This document shows, one piece after another, positions 49,272-60,900 of a stretch of DNA of 64,000 nt; the stretch's first letter is position 1, and every line of letters begins with the position of its first letter. This DNA comes from Octopus vulgaris (lineage: Eukaryota), in assembly GCA_951406725.2 (NCBI GenBank), contig OX597822.1, forward strand, positions 89,838,001 to 89,902,000, written 5' to 3'. The position numbers and the translations under genes were made by a program. Under the pieces are notes generated by a model. It saw only the letters and a list, made by a program, of their open reading frames with translations. It ran no database searches and was not told where the DNA came from.

Positions 49272-50022
49272 TAATAAATAAAATATATGCATACATACAA
49301 ACATATATGTATGTACCTACATCTACATGTATATATACATGCATATATAAATAAATATACGTACAGGACACCACAAATAGACGTAGAACTCAACAGAAAT
49401 GAAAACGGAAAAAGCCTTTTTTTTACAACAGACAGACAGAGACGTGGAACAGGACGAGAACAAAAACGGGAAAAACATTATTTACAACAGAAAAACAAGG
49501 TACAGGACATACTACACAAGGAAAAATCCCCTTCATCAGCTGTCGCTAGTAGACTTAGTGTGTTTCGAAGGCAAGACAGGACACGACTCATCAATACTAG
49601 GCCTTCCTGCGAGAGAATTAAAATAAAATAACCTCGCAGAGGGGTAAAACAAGCACGAAAAAAATGTAACACAAACAGGACGTAGCGACAGCTGATGAAG
49701 GGGATTTTTCCTTGTGTAGTATGTCCTGTACCTTGTTTTTCCCGTTTTCGTTCTCGTCCTGTTCCACGTCTCTGTCTTTCTGTTGTAAAAAAATGGCTTT
49801 TTCCGTTTTCGTTTCTGTTGAGTTCTACGTCTTTTTGTGGTGTCCTGTACGTATATTTATTTATATATGCATGTATATATACATGTAGATGTAGGTATGT
49901 ACATATATGTTTGTATGTATGCATATATTTTATTTATTACACTATTGTCTGACAGCGCTTCGCGTCGGGTTCGTTCGATTCTTCGCTTCGTTCCATTTCT
50001 TATCCTCCCAGTATTGTTTTAT

Positions 50023-50027
<5 letters not shown>
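49267..50027. mobile_element. Second non-coding Penelope-like palindromic element: arms ~49267-49548 / 49683-49945, extension to ~50027
   Basis: Inverted arms with a few mismatches and one ~21-nt indel. Flanked by (TA)n. Homologous to the 33061-34260 element (ribozyme region and the GTCCTGTAC...CATGTA.ATGTAGGTATGTACATATAT segment). Confidence 0.8.
49528..49600 (-). ncRNA. Putative non-circularly permuted hammerhead ribozyme, copy 1
   Basis: Minus strand reads CTAGTA..AGTcGTG-TC^CTGTC-ttgc-CTTC-GAAA-CAC-ACT..TACTAG-c-GACAG-CTGATGA-a-GGGG. Stems I, II and III can all form around a complete core. Confidence 0.65.
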
Positions 50028-50096
<69 letters not shown>

Positions 50097-51594
50097 ATAT
50101 ATATATGTGTATATATATGTATATGTGTGCGTGTGTATGTTTGTGTGTCTGTGTTTGTTCCCCCAGCATCACTTGACAACCAATGCTGGTGTGTTTACGT
50201 CCCCGTAACTTAGCGGTTCGGCAAAAGAGACTGATAGAATAAGTACTAGGCTTACAAGGACTAAGTCCTAGGGTCGTATTACTTGACTAACAGGCAGTGC
50301 TCCAGCATGGCTGCAGTCAAATGACTGAAACAAATAAAAGAATAAAAGAATATGGGAACTCATATGATTAAGCAAAAACAAAAAAATTGGGGGTACGTGA
50401 TTTAAGGCCTATTTAGCTGTTATTTTTAGCATGTCTCATGACCGCCCCAATGAGTAGAATATATTTGTCAACATCTGCTTTCTCACAGACAAATGAGTTC
50501 TTGTGTTTGGCTTCTTACTATGGAAACAGGCATGAATGTGTCTGTAGCTTATGACTGGCTAAAATTACCCCAAATTTCCAAACTTTAAAAGCTAATAACT
50601 ATTTATTTATTGATTTATGGTGAAAATGAATTCCATGGCATTGATTAGCATATAAAACTACATCATTACACTGAATATGAAATTAATTCAAACAGAAAAG
50701 ATCCAAGAAATTTGACAATTACTTTTTAATTTAAATATACTTTTGTCTCTAAACCTTTGGAGTAGGAAGGTGTGTGGGCGTATTCATATCCATTTATTCA
50801 AATGATTAATTATCAAGGAAGTGACCTAAAGGTCTTGTTAAAAAAATTTTACATCTTACCACTAACTCCTGTCATTTATTCAGGATAATATTTAACTATA
50901 GTACAACATGATAAGATTTCCCCTGTTTCATTATCAATAGTCTGCTAGTGGGCGACCCCCTGAATTATCAGCTAACATCTCGTTTTAAGTTTTCCTTTAC
51001 CAAACCTCTTGATATTATTTCTAATAAATCTTGATTTTTATGACTATACCAACTATGATGTCTGTCTGCTCCCTCAGCCTTACCCCTAACAGATACTGCC
51101 CTCTGTTTTTTCAGCCTTAGATGTAGAAGGGATTTGATAAACTAATCTATAAATTAAAACTGACCCCATAAAAACAAAAAATCAGTAACAAGCAGAGTTT
51201 GTAACAATGTATATCTTCTTGGAAAATTCAGTAACTTCTAAACTGGAGTGAGACAGCATGTTCTTTGTTTATCTCCTTAACTTCTTGGAGATTTTAGGTA
51301 TAATTATACTAATGTGTCCATCTGTTCTAATTTAATTAAATTCTATGTCTTTGTGCAGCTGAAGATTGCTCTGCATTTTAAATTGATGTAATGATTGCAT
51401 TGTCCAATTAAATGGAGTTGCATGAAGTGATCGTACTGCATTACCTCTAGATATCCTTGTTGTTTATTTTGATTTTAATCATGTTACTTTGAAATTGTAT
51501 AGATAATCCCATACTAAATTCTGGTGCCTCAACTTAAGTACCATATTCATCTGAATCTATATATATATTTACACACACACACATAAAGTATATA

Positions 51595-52218
51595 TCTATA
51601 TATATAAAACTGAGAATGTGTGTGTGTGTGTCTGTCTGTCCGTGTGAATCCCTAAAACTTGAGAACTACTGAACCAATTTCATTCAAATTTTACACATGC
51701 CTTACTTAGGGTCCATGTAGTGTCATGGGCAAAAAAATTTCTAACGTCTTGCCTAGGGTGAGCCCACAGCAATATCATATCTTCTCCACTATTTCAGTAT
51801 TACGTGTTAAAAGTGAAACAAAAACATCTCTCTATTGTAATGTTAGATACTTTCACTTTAATACTGAAACTATTAAAGTCAAACTATTATATAAGAGGGA
51901 TGAACCATTAACAGTGGACATCCATTTTGCTAGAAGAAGATCCGCTGTGGTCTTATATGCTACACCACTGGTTTTCAATTCATATTAATCAAATTAATAT
52001 TCAATTTCTCACTGAATGGATCTTTATGAAATTTGGAAGTTATATTCTATGCATAAGGGCCACAACCGCCATGACAATTCATATATTTTTGCTGTTGATG
52101 AAATTTTAACCATAGATATTAGATACAAATGAAGTAATATTTATAAAATTTCATCTTCTTACAAGTTAGAAAGACCCCTTCATGGGGACTTAGCGCCCAC
52201 AATTTTGTCATTATATCT
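51595..52218 (+). mobile_element. Helitron-like element, 5' part (3' boundary uncertain)
   Basis: A|TCTATATATATAAAA, then (TG)n/(TCTG)n and ACTACTGAACCAATTTCATTCAAATTTT, the same layout as the other short Helitrons here. Confidence 0.6.
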
Positions 52219-53384
52219 AAGCAAAGATGAATACTTGTACCCTTGGAAGCTGTGGAGTCATCTGAGCATAGAAGATGAACATTATTTGTAATTCAATGGT
52301 ACAACAGTGTAAGAGTTTTCTTTGGCATACACTTAGATTGTGATTTCTGCAATGTGCTGCATAAATTGTCAAGTAAATGAGAGGCATCTTTGCCTCCACT
52401 GATTCAGTTGCAAAGTGTTGAGTAAAGTTATTTAATTGCAGATCTCCTTTCAGTCTTTTTATTAAACAACAAATAGCTTACAAACTACAGAATTTTCTCA
52501 AGAAAGCCAAGAGAAAAAGATGTTTTATGTAATACATTCTACCAGTATACAAAGTTTAAAAGTGTTTAATTACAAAGAAATTATTTAAAAAATCTGCCGG
52601 TCAAAGCAAAAAGATCCCTTTATTATATTATATTTTTATGAAACCAATTTACTAGTAATCTCGTCTGTATTATTGATTGGAAGCTGAATATCTTTCTATA
52701 TGGAGAATAGTGGCTTGTTCTCTTTGTCTGAATAGTTTAGTTGGTCTTCACTTCATAACATAAATAACTCCATTCCTTTTACCAATGCTTCAACATTTAG
52801 TAATTTTAAATTTGCTCCCCACTGCACCCATGTCCATCATATGAAACAATTGTAAATAAAGAAATCCTAAACAAAATAGTGAGATATTAAATTTCTACTT
52901 TTTTTCCTGGTCATATATGCAGAACTTTGATGCATACTATGATAGTTGATCCCCTTCCTTGCGGCCAGTTTGGCACTGGTCAATTACATGCTTAAAATAG
53001 ATTACCTAGTTACTACTACCACCCTTTTGGTCAAACTTGTTGCTTGGCAGCCAGTATGCTGTAGCTCTGAAGAAGTTAAAGGAGTAAGCCTGTGCTCTAC
53101 TTTATTCAATTGATCCATTATGGAGCAATTAATGTGATTATTGCACTTGGGAATTGGGTCTCTCCAAAATTTTATCAGACACACACGTAAGCTGACTGGA
53201 ACAAAATGTATAAATATCCATTACCTGTGAACATTTTATATATGTGTGTTGATAAAGCTAGATATATGGTTCCAGTAAAATAAAGGTCGGGAGGAGAGTA
53301 TCTGATATTAATTAATTTATCACCATCAACTGGAACTTAACTGTCAACTCCCAATGAATTTAACTCTAAAGGGTTGTAGGCTAT

Positions 53385-53582
53385 ATATTTCTTTATTGCC
53401 CACAAGGCGCTAAACATAGAGGGGACAAACAAGGACAGACAAACGGATCAAGTCGATTATATCGACCCCAGTGCGAAAGGATGAAAGGTAAAGTCAACCT
53501 CGGCGGAATTTGAACTCAGAACGTAACGGCAGACAAAATACGGCTACGCATTTCGCCCAGTGCACTAACGTTTCTGCCAGCT
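53385..53582 (-). mobile_element. Second tRNA-SINE family copy
   Basis: Close match to 35903-36125. Older copies at ~6462-6665 (+) and ~58155-58355 (+). Confidence 0.85.
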
Positions 53583-54869
53583 ATATGCTGCATAAAATCT
53601 TATAAATAAAATAAAGATAAATATAAATTAACTATCTCACCATTCCTTTTTCTTGACCCCTACTATTTTCCTCTGCTACTCTCTAAATTACACTAGGTTT
53701 TAGAAATATATTTTTTCCCTAAATTCATTCTGCCACAAGCATAGCAAAGGGGAGCAATGTAAGTGTTTTGGTTTCTAGCATTGATGTAAATTGTGCTAAA
53801 AATTGGTTTATCCTTTATATTGGAAATCTATATGGTTGTCTTGCATCTGAGGAGAGCAGTTTCTTTCAAACTGATGTAATGTTTGCATTGGTCAATTAAA
53901 TGGAGCAGCTTGAAACGGCCATAATTCATTGAAACCTGGACATCCTTGTTACTTACTTGCTTTATATAATGAACACAGTATATATTTTTATGAGCTACTA
54001 ATAATTTCATGCAATGAAAATGATTCAGACAGTATTTTATAACACATCTGGTGTCTACAAGCTAAAATAGGAGAAAAGATGAGAAGGCTGATGTAAAATA
54101 TGGAAGGAAGAAAACACTGGAAAAGCTGCTCAATTCAGAAAGTTTGCCAACAGGAAGTTATCCAGTTGCTTACATCTACTGAAAATTTCAGATCTGGAAT
54201 TCACCAGTGTGGTGGAGTTCTTAGTCAAAGGGGACATAACTCCAATCCTCCCCCTCCCTTTTGCTTTTTTACTTTTTGGTATTTTCAGTTTTCCACCTTT
54301 TCTCTTTTTCTCTTTTTCTATCCTCCTGCTTTAGCTTGTATATTGTTTGTAACCATAGCCTGAAGATTGCATGAATACATCAGACATGTTATAAAACGCT
54401 GTCTGTGTTGTTTTCACCACATGAAACAATAAGTAGCTCCTAAAAATATATACTGTGTTCATTAAACAATATTTATCTCTTGCCAGATGGAGTACTTATT
54501 TTGATGTTCTTACCTTCATGGAACAGTATTCTATATATATGTGTGTGTGTTTGTGTGTATGCATGCATGTATGTATGTGTGGCCTTTGTGTCTGTGTTTT
54601 CCTACCACCACTGCTTGATAACCAATGTTGGCGTGTTTATGTCCCTGTAACTTAGCGACCACAGTCTAATGATTGAAAGAAGCAAGAGAATAAAAGAATA
54701 TACAATGGGCTTCATACAATTTTTGTTTACCAAATTCATTTGCAAGGCCTTGGGCAGCTCAAAGCTCTTGTAGAAGACCCATGGTGTCTTGCTGTGAGAT
54801 TGAACCTAAAACAACATGGTTTGGAAACAAACTTTTTAACTACACAACCTGCACCTATTTATATACTTA

Positions 54870-54902
<33 letters not shown>

Positions 54903-56151
54903 TGTATGTATAAACGTGTGTGAGAGAGAATTTGTGTGCATGGATGTCAGTTTCATGTGTCATCTTTAGCATTGTCAGAATAAAAGACAGTGAAATTGTT
55001 TTTCCCTGGTGGACGACTTTTCTGTAGTTTGGTGGATGTATGAGAACCACTTAAATGAAAAACAATCTTACTTAAAAAACGAGAAATGGTTCACAACTTT
55101 CTTGTTGCAACGGTAACAACATCCAGCCATAGAAATTTGTCTCAATGAGCTTCATCTAACCCAAGCCAACATGGAAAAATGGATGTTAAAAACAACGATG
55201 ATGATGATTATGAGTGTGCAGGAGATGCTTGTGGGGAGTGTATTAATAATCTGTATGTCTACTATGTAAGATGCAGTAAGAATATCAGATAGGCCAGGGT
55301 GGAGAAAGTATGGAGTAGCCATGAAAAAGGTAAAGGGAGCCTGTTTGTCACTAAGCTAGCTGTGATATAACACATCTTGCTTTGGGCTCTCAACTCTAAT
55401 GGAGTTGTAGAAACATTGTCATTACAGAATCAGGGATCAGGGCTTTGTAAACAATTTGCCTGTCTGTTCCTTGATACTATCTGTCCATCTTTTTCTTTGA
55501 TCATCTCTTCTTCCCTCCACAGTTTCTTGAATATTTTTTGCAAAGTCATTGGATCTTGTTATATGGTCATACCATTTCAGCTTTCTTTTTTTCACTTTTT
55601 TGAGTAGATCTTGATGAGAGTCAATGAGAAGCTGGATGGTTTGGAAAATGGAAAATGGATGTTAAATGATGATGATGACAATGACAACGATGATGAAGAT
55701 ACAGAGAAAATCAGAACTTTCGCAGCAATAACCTTTTCAGGTGTGCCATGGAAAGAAGTATAGTGTATTGTTATGGATGGCAATAGTAATAAGCCTTAAA
55801 GCTTCCAGTAAACAAAGCCTGAGCAGAAAAGAAGGGTTGATGCTAATGAAGCTCTAAAATATGGAAATTCTGAATTCCAGAAAGCTCAAGTCTGCTGTGG
55901 AGGAAATCTATTATTTCTTGAATCTGTGTTAACCAGTTTGGCTGTCATCCAGTGCAGTACATTTACTGAGGGTGGTAGCTAGTGCATCTGAGGCATATTT
56001 TCAAGAGTCTAGAATGATAACAATAACATATTTGATCATTCTAGTAGAGAATATTGTCCCAACAAACTTTTAGTTATTTCAGAAAATGAAAACATCTTGA
56101 CCTTTTGGAAGGCAAGATCTACAATAATGGATGTTCACATATAAATTACCT

Positions 56152-56944
56152 GATCTTTTCCTTTTGAACGGCACTTTGTAACATAATTTCTAGGTAATTA
56201 AAAAGTTTTAAACTTCGTATACTGGTAGAATGTGTTTATAAAACATCATTTTCTCTTGGCTTTATTGAGAAAACTCTATAGGTTGTAACATATTTCGTCT
56301 GAAATTTCCGCAATTTTAACCAATCAATTACCTCCATTGACGTAAATAACATTCTGTGCATAATGAATATGTCCCTCCTTTAAGAAACAGATTGGGTTTA
56401 TTTACATTTGTGAAGAAAAAAGATACCCTTCCCCCACCCCTAACCCTAAATCTAAAATAGATTGGAATGCAATAAATTGATACTAGGGCCATAATTATGG
56501 GTGAAATTTTCATTTGACACCGCTAGAAAAAAATCTCATTTTCCGTAGCGGTGTCATATGAAATTGTCACCCATAATTATAACCCTAGTATCGATCTATT
56601 GCATTTCAATCTATTTTAGATTTAGGGTTAGTTAGGGTTAGGGTTAGGGGTGGGGGAAGGGTATCGTTTTTCTTCACAAATGTAAATAAACCCAATCTGT
56701 TTCTTAAAGGAGGGACATATTCATTATGCAAAGAATGTTATTTACGTCAATGGAGGTAATTGATTGGTTAAAATTGCCGAAATGCAAGAAATTTTAGACG
56801 AAATATGTTACAACCTATAGAATTTTCTCAATAAAGCCAAGAGAAAATGATGTTTTATAAACACATTCTACCAGTATACGAAGTTTAAAACTTTTTAGTT
56901 ACCTAGAAATTATGTTACAAAGTGCTGTTTAAAAGGAAAAGATC
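56152..56944. mobile_element. 793-bp foldback (Mutator-like) element with internal TTAGGG repeats
   Basis: Arms of ~375-400 bp, GATCTTTTCCTTTT...AAAAGGAAAAGATC, with a ~20-bp loop. AAATTACCT on both flanks (9-10-bp TSD). Related terminal fragment at 52441-52616. Confidence 0.88.
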
Positions 56945-57530
56945 CAAATTACCTAATTGCTTATTTGAACAGCTCCCACCATGTTATAGGTTTGCTCAAA
57001 CTGACCTGACCAAGGTTCCTTCATTTTCTCGCAAAATACCTGAAACCTGTTTTTTATGAAGTCTTCTAGAATGAACTGTTCTTTTTATTTTTATATCACT
57101 CAGAGAAAAAAAGGACAGTGCTCATGACTCTTTTTAGAGTAATGAAGACTGGCTGGTGGAAGAGAGGAAGTTATCTTCAGCCTTGGAGAGTTGGACTGAA
57201 TGCTTGCAACAGAGGACCAGGTGATATTAAACTTAGTAACAGGTTAAGTCTTCACTCAAGGACAGGACTAGTCCTTTTAACAAACTTCGATTTAGTTTCT
57301 GTCAATAAAATTTCACTCACATGGGAGTTATCACCAGAATCTACAGACATACAGAAATAGACTGAATAATGGAAAGAATATATGCCCTGACTGCCACATA
57401 GTACCTATACAGTTCATCATTGAATATTGTCATCCTCAGCCTACCAGAGGCATGGTATATTCCAAACAATAGGTTTGTTCAGTCAAAGCTGACTTGGAGG
57501 CTGCACAACAAGCTTATCTCTTAATTGCAT

Positions 57531-57919
57531 CTTTTATCTTTTACTTGTTTCAGTCATTTGACTGCGGCCATGCTGGAGCACCACCATTAAGGAAGCAACT
57601 CGACCCCGGGACTTATTCTTTTGTAAGCCCAGTACTTATTCTATCGGTCTCTTTTGCTGAACCACTAAGTAACGGGGACATAAACACACCAGCATCGGTT
57701 GTCAAGCAATGCTAGGGGGACAAACACAGACACGCATATATATATATATTCATATATACGACGGGCTTCTTTCAGTTTCTGTCTACCAAATCCACTCAAG
57801 GCTTTGGTTGGCCCGAGGCTAAAGTAGAGGACACTTGCCCAAGGTGCCACGCAGTGGGACTGAACCCGGAACCATGTGGTTGGTAAACAAGCTACTTACC
57901 ACACAGCCACTCCTGCGCC
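57531..57919 (-). mobile_element. Bipartite tRNA-SINE, full copy
   Basis: Same family, reverse orientation. Confidence 0.9.
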
Positions 57920-60900
57920 TGTTTATATTGTTTGATGATACCACAGTACAGAATCACACTTTCATTAGTGTGCATGTGTCAATCTGATTAAACTTGGCTG
58001 GGTTGCCTGGATGAGGGTGTCTGATGCTGAAAGATACAAAACATCTAATGACTCCAGATCAAATTACTGTTAATGCATCTAGAGCTCATCCAGGGAATGT
58101 TATCTTACACATCTGTATCCAATTTATTATTATTATTATTATATGTTCATAAGATGGTGAGTTGGCAGAATCATTACTGCACCATACAAAATCCTTAGTG
58201 GCATTTCTTCTGACTTCACATTCTGAGTTTAAATGTTGCTAAAAGTGATTTTTGCCTTTTATCCTTTCAGGGTCAATAAAATAAGTACCATTTGAGCATG
58301 GGGGTCAATGCCATTGACTTACCCAACCTCTCAAATTTGCTGGCCTTGTGCCAAAATAAGAAAAGATTATTATTATTATATGTTCATATCTTACATTTAC
58401 TGGGCATATTTCTTCCATGTACCAGACATATAACTGATATTTAGAAAAAAGACAACCCCATAATGATTGACTTTCTAAAAACAGCATCAATTCGTCCTTA
58501 AATTTTTTGGAAACTAAAGGCTGGTGATAAATCATAGAACTGAGTATCAAGTTGACATCTTTCTAACCTCTTACCTGAATCTGAAATTGTGTTGACATGG
58601 TTAAAACAGATTATAGTATATTGAATAGTCAGTTATCTTGATGAAGTAGTGGGACAATCATGCTACGATCTTCTACTTGAATAAAGTATTAATGGTTATA
58701 GGCTTACCTGTAACCTGTCGTAGAGGAATCCCCTAATATTATTCGAAGGTTACCATAGTTACATAAAATCTCAATTTATTAACTTTTAAAAATCTCTGTA
58801 GAAGTAAATTTTTCTCTTTCGATCTTTAACAACCTGATAATCATCAGATATTTTCCCTTTAAAAAATTTCGCGAAAATTTTAATGGTTTTCATTATAAAG
58901 TATTTGTAAAAACAAAAACAAAATATTGAAATCTCTTTAATTTTGATTTTTCCTATATAGGGTGTCAGTAGTTGTGGCTGACAAAGATCGCGTGGCACCG
59001 TTCCCAATCTTCCATGGTGATGATAATCGAGATCTCACTACATCTCGCCGACACAAACGTTAAGTAATATGGCGTTGAACGCCTGTAAGTGGTCGGGTTT
59101 ACCGTCGTTACCTTAACTTTCGAGTTGTCGACATCGCTTCTCTCACACCTTCGACCCTCAGTAGAGTCTCAGGTGAGGAAATATTTTTATTGATTATATC
59201 GTATAAGTACTCTGCCGTGAGGAGCAGGAAAATAGTTTCATTGCAATTGATTATTTGTAGTATAAGACATGAGGATGGGGAGGGGGTATTACAATTCAGC
59301 TTCCGCCCTGCTAAGACATTGGGGGTACTGTTATCACTATGAATCCATTCCAAATACATCTGCAACAGTTATTATCCAGAACCACACCTATCTAGGGTTT
59401 TTGATGCTGGCTCTCCAACCAAGTTGCCTATACCGAAAACTTAGCACGTGATCATAAAATGAGGGTCTACTTGTCAATTCATCTTTATGAGTTTTCGGAG
59501 AATATGTAAAATAACTATTTTAATCCGATGATTAAATTTAAATTTAAGTTTTTCCGTAATAGATCATTTCTCTGTTTACTAGAATCTATGGTTAATTATT
59601 TCTCAGTTTACAAAGATTAATTCCACCCTAATTTTAATTAAGTCTCGACTTTCCCTGTTAGATTTCAGTATTATAATTAATTTCGATTATACCAGAATAT
59701 AGTTGATTGATTAAAGGTGATCATTATTTTTGTGAAAGACATTACTGTCAAGCATTTCATCTTCAATTTTTCTCATATTAAGATATGTCCTTTTGTTTAG
59801 GTAAATGCAACAATATCTGTTTCGACACACGAGTTCACATAAGGTGTCTTGCAACACAGATTCACAAATCTCTTTGCTAAGTAAATATATTTTAATTTAG
59901 CTTCATCTTATGTGTTTATCAACTATTTGCATTTTGTTTCGTAATCTTTTTACTTGTATATTTCATGTTAAGAAGTGCTTTTATTTAGATGGTTCTTTTA
60001 AGTTCTTCACCGCTTGAGTTTTTTTACCGATGTGAAATTGATACTCCGAATAACTATTTTAGTGATAACTACAGATTTTTTTTTTGTAATTGTTTATAGC
60101 GAACAATATTTTTTTTAGAGATTGTTTTAGCCTGTCTATCGCTTCACCTTAATTTAATTATACTACCATTCCCTTAAAGGTAAAATTATAGACGGTTATC
60201 TTAATAAAAAATATCATTTCGGTGTCCATAACCAGTTATTTTAACTATCTTTACAACCATCGCTTATTTATCATCTGTAATCTAGTTGTTGCTTTTCAAA
60301 AGCCGATCTTCAACACATTCTCCCAAACGCTGTCAAACTGTTTCTTTCTCCATCTAATTCTGCTTCGACTCAATTCTATTTAGATTTCCCCCTTTGAAAC
60401 ACGTTTTTGTTTCCACTATTAAATTCCCGTCGTCCTGATTCAGCAGACCTTATAATCAAAGGCGTTCCAGTCGTGATTATCTAATAATTTTTTTTTTTGT
60501 TAGTGTAGACATTAGAGTCACGACTATATTATCCAATGTGTGTATGTGCTTTAAGACGGTAGGGGTATTTCACGGCTGTTTCTAGCAGATCGAAATACCA
60601 CGTTAGGGCTCCCTCAGATTATTTTGTAACAGGCCAGTTTTTGCGAAGAAGGGTACAATATGTTATTGATATTTATTTTCGTACACGTATGTTCTCTTGT
60701 AATGGTTTTAAAACATATGATAATTTAGAATTTAAATGAAGAAAATTCTTGTTGAATATAAATATTTGGGAAAAGAACGTCTATGAATATAATGTGTGTG
60801 TAATATATATAACTGACAACACAAAACATTATCATTTTAGGAAAATATGTTTAACTTATTACGATAAAGTTTTTAATTTCTATGATTTATTTATTATTTA

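Larger units (their letters stand above)
47919..50350 (+). mobile_element. Bipartite tRNA-SINE split by two palindromic insertions (head 47919-48056, tail ~50130-50350)
   Basis: Head and tail match the two halves of 42253-42665 but are ~2 kb apart. Confidence 0.85.

Noticed and set aside
49546-49600. Ordinary type I hammerhead reading (CTAGTA-TTGATGA...GAAA...GTC-TACTAG)
   Set aside because: It needs a C3U change and has almost no stem II, and TTGATGA is not conserved in the 33574 copy, whereas the permuted fold is. Kept only as the alternative to test.
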